Positions 46,889 through 59,746 of a DNA stretch of 64,000 bases are shown here, piece by piece; position 1 is the first letter of the stretch; every line of letters begins with the position of its first letter. The notes under the pieces are model-generated. The model was not told the DNA's origin. It saw only the letters and a list, made by a program, of their open reading frames with translations, and made no database searches. This DNA comes from Mustelus asterias (Eukaryota): contig NC_135808.1 in NCBI RefSeq assembly GCF_964213995.1, positions 33,790,001 to 33,854,000 on the forward strand, given 5' to 3'. The translations under genes were made by a program, and so were the position numbers.

Positions 46889-47412
46889 CGAAAGGATATA
46901 TTGGCCTTGGAAGGAGTGCAGAGAAGGTTCACCAGGTTGATACCGGAGATGAGGGGTGTAGCTTATGAGGAGAGATTGAACAGATTGGGTCTGTACTCGT
47001 TGGAGTTTAGAAGGCTGAGGGGTGATCTTATAGACACATATAAGATAATGAAGGGGCTGGATAGAGTAGAGGTGGAGAGATTCTTTCCACTTAGAGGGGT
47101 AACCAGAACTAGAGGACACAGCCTCAAAATAAGTGGGGGCCGGTTCAGAACAGAGTTGAGGGGGAACTTCTTCTCTCAGAGGGTAGTGAATCTCTGGAAT
47201 TCTTTGCCCATTGAAGTGGTGGAGGCTACCTCGTTGAATATGTTTAAATCACGGGTAGATAGATTTCTGATCGATAAGGGAATTAAGGGATATGGGGAGC
47301 AGGCGGGTAAGTGGAACTGATTCGTTTCAGATCAGCCATGATCTTATTGAATGGCGGGGCAGGCCCGAGGGGCCAGATGGCCTACTCCTGCTCCTATTTC
47401 TTATGTTCTTAT
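46889..47412 (+). mobile_element. young CR1 3' fragment in satellite B
   Basis: RKDILALEGVQRRFTRLIP...GYGEQAGKWN*; TCTTATGTTCTTAT tail. Confidence 0.93.
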
Positions 47413-50400
47413 AATTACAATAGATTGGTGATTGGATTCTCACAGTTTTATGTACTGTAATTTAGTGAATAAATCCTCACTGGCGCGTGTTCTATTTACT
47501 GTAATTTTGAGGCAGGATCATCACTGGTGTGTGTTCTATTTCCTGTCATTTAGACACCGGTACCGCAGTGGATTGTATTATATTTACAGTGGATTAATGA
47601 CTAAATCCTCACTGTTCAGCATTTTATTTACTGTAATTTAGAGACTGGATCCTCATTTGTGTTTTATATTTACTGTAGTTTAGAGACTGGATTCTCACTG
47701 GTGTGTGTTATATTTACTGTAGCTTTGGAGACCAGAATCACAGTGCTGTGTTTTAATACTACTGTAGTTTAGAATCTGGATCCTCACTGTTGCCCGTTAT
47801 ATTTACAGAAATTTCGAGATCAGATCTATGGTGCTGTGTGTTAGATTTACTATAGATTACGGACTGGATCTTCACTGGTGTGTGTTATACTTACTGTAAT
47901 TTAGAGACTGGATCTTCACTGGTGTGTGTTATATTTGCTGTAGTTTAGAGACTGGATCCTTACTGGTGTGTGTTATATTTACTGTAATTTAGAGACTGGA
48001 TCCTGACTGGTGTGTGTTATATTTACTGTAATTTAGAGACTGGATTCTTACTGGTGTGTGTTATATTTACTGTAATTTAGAGTCTGGATCCTTACTGCTG
48101 TGTGTTATATTTACTGTAATTTAGAGACTGGATTCTTACTGGTGTGTGTTATATTAACTGTAATTTAGAGACTGGATTCTTACTGGTGTGTGTTATATTT
48201 ACTGTAATTTAGAGTCTGGATCCTTACTGGTGTGTGTTATATTTACTGTAATTTAGAGACTGGATTCTTACTGGTGTGTGTTATACTTTCTGTAGTTTTG
48301 GAGACTAATGGTTTGTGTTATATTTGCTGCAGCTTTGTGACTAGATCTTCACTGGTGCGTCTTACTTTTACTGTATTTTAGAGACTGGATCTTCACTGGT
48401 GTGTGTTATATTTGCTGTAGTTTAGAGACTGGATCCTTACTGGTGTGTGTTATATTTACTGTATTTTAGAGTCTGGATCTTCACTGGTGTGTGTTATATT
48501 TACTGTAGTTTAGAGTCTGGATCTTCACTGGTGTGTGTTATATTTACTGTAGTTTAGAGTCTGGATCTTCACTGATGTGTGTTATATTTACTGTAGTTTA
48601 GAGTCTGGATCTTCACTGGTGTGTGTTATATTTGCTGTAGTTTAGAGACTGGATCCTTACTGGTGTGTGTTATATTTACTGTATTTTAGAGTCTGGATCT
48701 TCACTGGTGTGTGTTAAATTTACTGTAGTTTAGAGTCTGGATCTTCACTGGTGTGTGTTATATTTGCTGTAGTTTAGAGACTGGATCCTTACTGGTGTGT
48801 GTTATATTTACTGTAATTTAGAGACTGGATCCTTACTGGTGTGTGTTATATTTACTGTATTTTAGAGTCTGGATCTTCACTGGTGTGTGTTATATTTACT
48901 GTAGTTTAGAGTCTGGATCTTCACTGGTGTGTGTTATATTTACTGTATTTTAGAGTCTGGATCTTCACTGGTGTGTGTTATATTTACTGTATTTTAGAGT
49001 CTGGACCTTCACTGGTGTGTGTTAAATTTACTGTAATTTAGAGACTGGATCTTCACTGGTGTGTGTTATATTTACTGTAATTTAGAGACTGGATCTTCAC
49101 TGGTGTGTGTTATATTTACTGTAGTTTAGAGTCTGGATCTTCACTGGTGTGTGTTAAATTTACTGTAATTTAGAGACTGGATCTTCACTGGTGTGTGTTA
49201 TATTTACTGTAATTTAGAGACTGGATCTTCACTGGTGTGTGTTATATTTACTGTAATTTAGAGACTGGATCTTCACTGGTGTGTGTTATATTTACTGTAA
49301 TTTAGAGACTGGATCTTCACTGGTGTGTGTTAAATTTACTGTAATTTAGAGTCTGGATCCTTACTGGTGTGTGTTATATTTACTGTAGTTTTGGACACCA
49401 GTGGTTTGTGCTACATTTATTGTAGGTTTGAGACTAGATCCTCACTGATGTATTTTATTTTTACTGTAATTTAAAGAGTGAATCCTCACTGGTGCGTGTT
49501 ATATTTACTGTAATTTAGAGACTGGATCCTGACTGGTGTGTGTTATATTTTCCGTATTATAGAGACTGGATCCTCACTGGTATTATAATTTCAATAGATT
49601 GGTGATTGGATTCTCAGTTTTATGTACTGTAATTTAGTGAATAAATCCTCACTGGCGCGTGTTCTATTTGCTGTAATTTTGAGACAGGATCATCACTGGT
49701 GTGTGTTCTATATCCCGTCATTTAGACACCAGTACCGCAGTGCTTTGTGTTATATTTACAGTGGATTAATGACTATATTCTCACTGTTCAGCATTCTATT
49801 TACTGTAATTTAGAGACTTGATCCTCATTTGTGTTTTATATTTACTGTAGTTTAGAGGCTGGATTCTCACTGGTGTGTGTTATATTTACTGTAGCTTTGG
49901 AGACCAGAATCACAGTGCTGTGTTTTAATACTACTGTAGTTTAGAATCTGGATCCTCACTGTTGCCCGTTATATTTACAGTAATTTCAAGATCAGATCTA
50001 TGATGCTGTGTGTTAGATTTACTACAGATTACAGACTGGGTAATCATTGGTGTTTGTTATACTTACTGTAATTTAGAGGCTGGATTCTTACTGGTGTGTG
50101 TTATACTTTCTGTAGTTTTGGAGACCAATGGTTTGTGTTATATTTGCTGCAGACTAGATCCTCACTGGTGTGTCTTATTCTTACTATAATTTAGAGACTG
50201 GACCTTCACTGGTGTGTGTTATATTTACTGTAATTTAGAGACTGGATCCATACTGGTGTGTGTTATATTTACTGTAGTTTAGAGACTGGATCTTCACTGG
50301 TGTGTGTTATATTTACTGTAATTTAGAGTCTGGATCTTCACTGGTGTGTGTTATATTTACAGTAATTTGGGACTGGATCCTTACTGGTGTGTGTTATATT

Positions 50401-53400
50401 TACTGTAGTTTTGGACACCAGTGGTTTGCGTTATATTTATATATATTTGGTGTTACAGGTTTGAGACTTGATTCTCACTGGTGTGTTTTATTTTTACTGT
50501 AATTTAGAGTCTGGATCATTACTGGCGTGTGTTATATTTACAGTAATTTAGAGACTAAATCCTCACCGGTGCGTGTTATATTACTGTAATTTAGAGAATA
50601 GATCCTCACTGGTGTGTGTTATATTTACTGTAATTTAGAGAATAGATCCTGACTGGTGTGTGTTATATTACTGTAATTTAAAGAGTGAATCCTCACTGGT
50701 GTGTGTTATATTACTGTAATTTAGAGAATAGATCCTCACTGGTGTGTGTTATATTACTGTAATTTAGAGAATAGATCCTCACTGGTGTGTGTTATCTTAC
50801 TGTAATTTAGAGAATAGATCCTCACTGGTGTGTGTTATATTACTGTAATTTAGAGAATAGATCCTCACTGGTGTGTGTTATATTACTGTAATTTAGAGAA
50901 TAGATCCTCACTGGTGTGTGTTATATTACTGTAATTTAGAGGCTGGATCCTGACTGGTGTGTGTTATATTTTCCGTATTATAGAGACTGGATCCTCACTG
51001 GTATTATAATTACAATAGATCGGTGATTGGATTCTCACAGTTTTATGTACTGTAATTTAGTGAATAAATCCTCACTGGCGCGTGTTCTATTTGCTGTAAC
51101 TTTGAGACAGGATCATCACTGGTGTGTGTTCTATTTCCTGTCATTTAGACACCAGTACCGCAGTGGATTGTATTATATTTACAGTGGATTAATGACTAAA
51201 TCCTCACTGTTCAGCATTTTATTTACTGTAATTTAGAGACTGGATCCTCATTTGTGTTTTATATTTACTGTAGTTTAGAGACTGGATTCTCACTGGTGTG
51301 TGTTATATTTACTGTAGCTTTGGAGACCAGAATCACAGTGCTGTGTTTTAATACTACTGTAGTTTAGAATCTGGATCCTCACTGTTGCCCGTTATATTTA
51401 CAGCAATTTCGAGATCAGATCTATAGTGCTGTGTGTTAGATTTACTATAGATTACGGACTGGATCTTCACTGGTGTGTGTTATACTTACTGTAATTTAGA
51501 GACTGGATCTTCACTGGTGTGTGTTATACTTACTGTAGCTTTGGAGACCAGAATCACAGTGCTGTGTTTTAATACTACTGTAGTTTAGAATCTGGATCCT
51601 CACTGTTGCCCGTTATATTTACAGCAATTTCGAGATCAGATCTATAGTGCTGTGTGTTAGATTTACTATAGATTACGGACTGGATCTTCACTGGTGTGTG
51701 TTATACTTACTGTAATTTAGAGTCTGGATCTTCACTGGTGTGTGTTATATTTACTGTAATTTAGAGGCTGGATTCTTACTGGTGTGTGTTATACTTTCTG
51801 TAGTTTTGGAGACCAATGGTTTGTGTTATATTTGCTGCAGACTAGAACCTCACTGGTGTGTCTTATTCTTACTATAATTTAGAGATTGGATCATCACTGA
51901 TGTGTGTTATATTTACTGTATTTTAGAGTCTGGATCTTCACTGGTGTGTGTTAAATTTACTGTAATTTAGAGTCTGGATCTTCACTGGTGTGTGTTATAT
52001 TTACTGTAATTTAGAGTCTGGATCTTCACTGGTGTGTGTTATATTTACTGTAATTTAGAGTCTGGATCTTCACTGGTGTGTGTTATATTTACTGTAATTT
52101 AGAGTCTGGATCTTCACTGGTGTGTGTTATATTTACTGTAATTTAGAGACTGGATCTTCACTGGTGTGTGTTATATTTACTGTAATTTAGAGACTGGATC
52201 TTCACTGGTGTGTGTTATATTTACTGTAATTTAGAGTCTGGATCTTCACTGGTGTGTGTTATATTTACTGTAATTTAGAGTCTGGATCTTCACTGGTGTG
52301 TGTTATATTTACTGTAGTTTAGAGACTGGATCATCACTGGTGTGTGTTATATTTACTGTAATTTAGAGACTGGATCTTCACTGGTGTGTGTTATATTTTC
52401 TGTAGATTAGAGACTGGACCCTCACTGGTGTGTGTTATATTTACTGTAATTTAGAGTCTGCATCTTCATTGGTGTGTGTTATATTTGCTGTAGTTTAGAG
52501 ACTGGATCCTCACTGGTGTGTGTTATGTTTACTGTAGTTTAGAGTCTGCATCTTCATTGGTGTGTGTTATATTTGCTGTAGTTTAGAGACTGGATCCTCA
52601 CTGGTGTGTGTTATATTTACTGTAGTTTAGAGACTGGATCCTCACTGGTGTGTGTTATATTTACTGTAATTTAGAGTCTGCATCTTCATTGGTGTGTGTT
52701 ATATTTGCTGTAGTTTAGAGACTGGATCCTCACTGGTGTGTGTTATATTTACTGTAATTTAGAGTCTGCATCTTCACTGGTGTGTGTTATACTTACTGTA
52801 GTTTAGAGACTGGATCTTCACTGGTGTGTGTTATATTTACTGTAATTTAGAGTCTGCATCTTCACTGGTGTGTGTTATACTTACTGTAGTTTAGTGACTG
52901 GATCCTCACTGGTGTGTGTTATATTTGCTGTAGTTTAGAGTCTGGATCATCACTGGTGTGTGTTATATTTACTGTAACTTAGAGACATGATCCTCACTGG
53001 TGTGTGTTATATTTACTGTAGTTTAGAGTCTGGATCTTCACTGGTGTGTGTTATATTTACTGTAGTTTAGAGTCTGGATCTTCACTGGTGTGTGTTATAT
53101 TTACTGTAGTTTAGAGTTTGGATCTTCACTGGTGTGTGTTATATTTACTGTAGTTTAGAGTCTGGATCCTCACTGGTGTGTGTTATATTTACTGTAATTT
53201 AGAGACTGGATCTTCACTGGTGTGTGTTATATTTGCTGTAGTTTAGAGTCTGGATCTTCACTGGTGTGTGTTATATTTACTGTAATTTAGTGACTGGATC
53301 CTGGTGTGTGTTATATTTACTGTTGTTTAGAGACTGGATCTTCACTGGTGTGTGTTATATTTACTGTAATTTAGAGACTGCATTTTCACTGGTGTGTGTT

Positions 53401-55159
53401 ATATTTGCTGTAGTTTGGAGACCAGTACCACAGTGGTTTGTGTTATATTTACTGTCGTTTAGAGATCAGATCCATAGTGCTGTGAGTAATATTTACAGTA
53501 ATTTAGAGACCGGATCCTTACTGGTGTGTTATAATTACAGTAGATTGGTGACTGGATCCTCACTGTTTTATTTACTGTAATTTAGTGAATAGATCCTCAT
53601 TGGTGTGTGTTATAATTATTATAATTTTGAGACTGGATCATCATAGTGTGTGTTATATTTCCTGTCATTTAGAGACCAGTACCATGGTGGTTTGTATTAT
53701 ATTTACAGTAGATTGATGAATATATTCTCACTGTTCAATATTTTATTTACTATAATTTTGAGACTGGATCCTCACTTGTGTTTTATATTTACTGTAATTT
53801 AGAGACTGGATTCTCACTGCTGTGTGTTATATTTACAGCAATTTAATGATGTCATAGAATCCCTACAGTGCAGAAGGAGGCAACTGGGTCCATCGAATCT
53901 GCATCGACCACAGTCCCATGTCACCCCACTGGTGTGTGTAGTATTTACAGTAATTTGAAGACTGGATCTTCACTGGTGTGTGTTACATTTACTGTAATTT
54001 AGAGACTGGATCATCACTGGTGTGTGTTATATTTACTGTAATTTAGAAGCTGGATCTTCACCGGTTTGAGTTATACTTACAGTAATTTAGAGACTGGATC
54101 TTCACTGGTGTGTGTTATATTTACTGTCGCTTAGAGACCAGTACCACAGTGTTTTCTGTTATACTTACTGTAGATTAGTGACTAGGTCGTCACTGGTGTG
54201 AGTTATATTTACTGCAGTTTAGAGACTGAGTCATCACTGGTGTGTGTTACACTTACAATAATTTAGAGACATGATCCTCACTGGTGCGTGTTATATTTAC
54301 TGTAATTTAGAGTCTGGATCTTCACTGGTGCGCGTTATATTTACTGTAATTTAGAGACGGGATCCTTACTGTTATGTGTTATATTTACTGTCGTTTAGAG
54401 AGCTGTACCACAGTGGTTTGTGTTAAATTTACTGTAGATTAGTGACCGGAATCTCACTGGTGTGTGTTATATTTACAGCAATTTTGAGATATCACCTCAA
54501 TGGTATTTACAGTAATTTGGAGACTGGATCCTTCCTAGTGTGTGTTAGATTCACTGTACTTCCGGAGACCAGCACCACAGTGGTTTGTGTTATCTTTACT
54601 GTAGTTTAACGATCAGATCCATAGTGGTGTGTGTTATATTTACTTTCGATTAGATACTGGATCCTCACTCTCGTGTGTTACACTCACAGTAATTTAGAGA
54701 CTGTATCCTTACTGATGTGAATTATATTTATTGTAGATTAGTGACAGGATCCACATTGGTGTGTGTTTTATTTACAGTAGATTAGTGACTGGATCCTCAC
54801 TGCTGAGCGTTTTATTTGCTGTAATTTAGAGACTAGATTCTCACTGCTGTGTGTTATATTTACTGTCATTTATATACCAGTAACACAGTGGTTTGTGTTA
54901 AATTTACTGTAATTTAGAGACTGAATGCTCACTGGTGTTATATTTATTGCAATTTAGAGACTGGGTCATCACTGGTGTGTGCTTTATTTACTGTAGTTTT
55001 GGACACCAGTGCCACAGTGGTTTGTGTTATATTTACTGTAGGTTAGATACTGGATCCTCCCATGTTTGCGTTATAGTTTAGAGATCAGAACCATAGTGGT
55101 TTGTGTTATATTTACTGTTTTATAGAGACTTCACCTCACTGGTGTGTGTTATATTTATT

Positions 55160-56218
55160 GGGCCCGATTCTCCCATCCTGACGCGCACATTTTTTGACAC
55201 GTCTGAATGGGAGAATCGCATGTCGGCCATTTCTGGCCTGGAGACCGGTGGGAAGAGAGGTAAGTAATTTAAATCTTTTCTTAATGTATTTTAAATCTCA
55301 TTATTGGGCCCAGCCTGGACTTCTCCGGGCCTGATAGCACCTCCCACTAGGAGTATTTTACTCCGGTGGGGTTCAGAGTAGCTCCCCACTTGCAGGGAAC
55401 TAGCGGGAGACACCGCCGGAGTGAAGGGGGGGCAATTGGGGCCCCCCAGTGGCTCGGGCAGTGGGGGCGGGTGTCCCCTAGGCATGGGCACCCTGGCAGT
55501 GCCAGCCTGTGCCCAGGCACTGCTCAAGGGGCAAAGTGCCCATGTCCAGGGGGCACCATCACAGCCCATTGGGCATCGGGCAGTGCCAAAGGGGTGGGGC
55601 CTTGGGGGAAAGGGGGAGCCTAGGAGTGGGGCTAGGTAGGCCTAGGGGGCAGGGACTAGGGGGCGGTCTGTGGAGGTGGAGGTCCTGCTGCCACTCAGCA
55701 TTGGGATCAGCCGGGGCTGGAGTGAGGCCAGTGATCGGGGTGGGCTGAGGGGAGGGGGGTGGTCTGCCAAGAGGGTGGGGGGGAGGGGTGTCTGTGTCCG
55801 GGGGGTGGTCAGCGGAGGAGGGGGGGGCTGCTGGGGTGGGGGGATCGCCACTGCCGGGAGGGGGGCTAGAGATTGGGGCTCTCCGGAAAGGGGGGTGGTC
55901 CGGGCTGGCCCAGGAATGTTTGTGTATGCCGCGATTGAGCAATGGGTTGGTGGGGGGAGGTGGCTGGAGGGGCAGCACTGCGAGGGTCCCAGGCTGGCCA
56001 GCAAACGGGGAGACTGACAGATCGGGGCAACGGTGCAATTTGCAGAGTTCCAGAGCTGTCAGACTCCGGCACCGTCCCCCAAGCTTTTAATGAGATTCAT
56101 GATTCATGTGCCTGCATGGCACAGAGTGTACAGATTCGGGTCTGAAGTTGAACTGAAAAAACAGTCGTGATTAACACCAGTTTTCTCACCAATTTAGCAC
56201 TTTTGGGAGGATCGCTCC
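55160..56218. mobile_element. Harbinger-type MITE in satellite B
   Basis: GGGCCCGATTCTCCC / GGGAGGATCGCTCC TIRs; 3-bp TSD ATT/ATT; the satellite unit rejoins perfectly when the element is removed. Confidence 0.88.
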
Positions 56219-56439
56219 ATTGTAATTTATAGACTGAATCCTCACTGTGGTATAGATACTCAAATTGATACATTTGATCCTCACTGGCATGTATTATATT
56301 AATATATAGAAACCAGCTCCACCGTGGTTTGTGTTAAATTTACTCTAGATTAGTGACTGGATCTCACTGGTGCGTGTTATATTTACTATAATATAGAAAC
56401 TGGATCCTCACTGGTTTGTGTTATATTTATTGTAGGTTA

Positions 56440-57900
56440 GAGTCATAGAGGTTTACAGCATGGAAACATGCTCTTCGGCCCAACTTGTCCATACCGCCAT
56501 TTTTTTAAAACCCCGAAGCTAGTCCCAATTGCCCGCATTTGCCCCATATCCCTCTATACCCATCGTACCCATGTAATTGTCTAAATGCTTTTTAAAAGAC
56601 AAAATTATACCCGTCTCTACTATTACCTCTGGCAGCTTGTTCCAGACACTCACCACCCTCTGTGTGAAAAAATTGCCCCTCTGGACACTTTTGTATCTCT
56701 CCCCTCTCAGCTTTAACCTATGCCCTCTAGTTTTAGAGTCCCCTACCTTTGGAAAAAAATATTGACTATCTAGCTGATTGGTGCCCCTCATTATTTTATG
56801 GACCTCTATAAGATCACCCCTCAGCCTTCCACGCTCCAGAGAAAAAAGTCCCACTCTATCCAGCCTCTCCTTATAACTTAAACAATCAAGTCCCGGTAGC
56901 ATCCTAGTAAATCTTTTCTGCACTCTTTCTAGTTTAATAATATCCTTTCTATAATAGGGTGACCAGAACTGTACACAGTATTCCAAGTGTGGCCTTACCA
57001 ATGTCTTGTACAACTTCAACAAGATGTCCCAACTACTGTATTCAATGTTCTGACCAATTAAACCAAGCATGCTGAATGCCTTCTTCACCAGTCTGTCCAC
57101 CTGTGACTCCACTTTCAAGGAGCTACGAACCTGTACCCCTAGATCTCTTTATTCTGTAACTCTCCCCAACGCCCTACCATTAACTGAGTAAGTCCTGCCC
57201 TGGTTCGATCTACCAAAATGCATGACCTCGCATTTATCTAAATTAAACTCCATCTGCCATTCGTCAGCCCACTGGCCCAATTGATCAAGATCCCGTTGCA
57301 ATCTGAGATGACCTTCTTCACTGTCCACTATGCCACCAATCTTGGTGTCATCTGCAAACTTACTAACCATGCTTCCTAAATTCTCATCCAAATCATTAAT
57401 ATAAATGACAAATAACAGTGGACCCAGCACTGATTCCTGAGGCACACCACTGGTCACAGGCCTCCAGTTTGAAAAATAACCCTCTACAACCTTCGTCTGT
57501 CTTTTGTCATCAAGCCAATTTTGTGTCCATTTGGCTACCTCACCCTGGATTCCGTGAGATTTAATCTTATGCAACAATCTACCATGCGGTACCTTGTCAA
57601 AGGCCTTGCTGAAGTCCATGTAGACAACACCAACTGCACTGCCCTTATCTATCTTCTTGGTTATCCCTTCAAAAAAGTCAATCAAATTTGTGAGACATGA
57701 TTTTCCACTCACAAAGCCTAATCAGTCCTTGCGTCTCTAAATGCCTGTAGATCCTGTCTCTCAAAATACCTTCCAATAACGTATCCACCACAGATGTGAG
57801 TCTTACTGGCCAGTAGTTCCCAAGCTTTTCCCTGCAGCCCTTCTTAAACAAAGGCACAACATTTGCCACCCTCCAATCATCAGGCACTTCACCTGTGACT
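56440..57900 (-). mobile_element. CR1 LINE (RT), slightly decayed
   Basis: ORFs 56519-57118, 57149-57712 and 57678-57887 (VYMDFSKAFDKVPH, VSKFADDTK). Confidence 0.93.
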
Positions 57901-57902
57901 AG

Positions 57903-59070
57903 GGGCCCGATTTAATCATCGCGTTGCTCCCGTTTTCGGGCACAAAAGCTTGGTAAAGTTGGGCGCGAGGCAAGTAGCTCGATCCGTGCCTGCCTCCACG
58001 CCAGTTCCCCCTTTGCTAAGGCCTGAAAATGGCCGCAATCGGAACTGCGATGGCCATTTAAATACATTTCCATGCATTTAAATTGACTTAATGGGCTGCA
58101 CGCCCAACTTTACCGACACTTCTCCCTTTACCAATGCGTTTGCCCATCCAGTATCGGCACGAATCAGACATGCTCCATATAAGTCCGATTTGGGCGCTCC
58201 AGTTAGTGAGGAGGTAGGTGCCTAGCTTTCGACGGCCCTCTGCTTAAGATCGTGGAGGGGGTTGGGGCGGGGGGGAAGCTGGGTCCGCTGCCACTCTTCT
58301 TGAGATTTATTGGGAGGGGGGTCTGCTGCCACTCTGGCTAAGATCAGTTAGGGGAAAGGGGGGTCCGCTGCCACTCTGCCTGAGATTGGTGGTGGGGAAG
58401 GGGGGTCCGCTGCCACTCTGCCTGAGATTGGTGGTGGGGAAGGGGGGTCCGCTGCCACTCTGCCTGAGATTGGTGGTGGGGAAGGGGGGTCCGCTGCCAC
58501 TCTGCCTGAGATTGGTGGTGGGGAAGGGGGGTCCGCTGCCACTCTGCCTGAGATTGGTGGTGGGGAAGGGGGGTCCGCTGCCACTCTGCCTGAGATTGGT
58601 GGCAGGGGAAACGGGTCCACTGCCACTCTGCCTGAGATCGGTGGCGGGGGAGGTGGGTCCACTGCCATTCTGCCCGAGATCAGTGGAGGGAAAGGGGGGA
58701 GGGGCCCACGATTGGTCTGGGTGGCGGAGGGGTTGAGAGGGGTAAGGGGGTCAGTAATGCTGTGGGGTGGGGCAATGCCTGTGGAGGCCAGGGGGAGGCA
58801 TTATCTGGCCTGGGAGGGATATGGCAGGAGAACAGCATTCTATCATTTTTTTCCTGCGCATGTGCAGTTGGAGGCGCCGATCGGAGCTGCAGGGTTTTGG
58901 GCAAGTTAAGCCCCGCCCACAGGCTTGTGCAGCGCGATTCGGACTCGCTGTTATTTTTACAGGCAGAGTGCGTATGGGGGCACATCAGAATGGTTCTTAA
59001 AGTCAGATCTGAAACACTCCCAGTTTCAAGTCCGCCCAACACTTTGAATCAAAATAGTAAAATAGGGCCC
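57903..59070 (-). mobile_element. Harbinger-type MITE with an internal 42-bp minisatellite expansion (~58270-58690)
   Basis: Reverse-complement homolog of 37356-38144; 42-bp unit GGGGAAGGGGGGTCCGCTGCCACTCTGCCTGAGATTGGTGGT. Confidence 0.88.
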
Positions 59071-59555
59071 TAAATCTCAGTAGTGAGTTTTATTATTACT
59101 GTACTTTAGTGACTGGATTCTCAAAGGTGTCTTTTATATTTACTGTAATTTAGAGACTGGATCCTTACTGGTGATATATTTACTGTAATTTTGGACACCA
59201 GTACTACAGTGGTTTGTGTTATATTTACTGTAGTTTAGATACTGGATCCTCACGTTTGTTATATTTACTGCAGTTTAGAGATCAAATCCATAATGGTTTG
59301 TGTTATATTTACTGGTGTGTGTAATATTTATTCTAATTTATAGACTGAATCCTCACTGGTGGAGGGGTATAGATACTGTAATTTATACACTGGATCCTCA
59401 CTTGCGTGTCTTATATTAATGTCATTTCTAGACCGGTTCCATAGTGGTTAGTGTTAAATTTACTGTAGACTAGAGACTGGATCCTCACTTTTTAAATTTA
59501 CTGTAGGTTGGATATTAATCCACAGTGGTGCATTTTATTTTTACTGTAGTTGAGA

Positions 59556-59746
59556 GACTGTATCCTCACTGGTGTGTGACTGGATCCTCACTGGTGTGTG
59601 ACTGTATCCTCACTGGTGTGTGACTGGATCCTCACTGGTGTGTGACTGGATCCTCACTGGTGTGTGACTGGATCCTCACTGGTGTGTGACTGGATCCTCA
59701 CTGGTGTGTGACTGGATCCTCACTGGTGTGTGACTGGATCCTCACT
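59556..59746 (+). repeat. 22-bp sub-array (GACTGGATCCTCACTGGTGTGT)n derived from half of the satellite B unit
   Basis: About 8.7 near-perfect copies. Confidence 0.95.
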
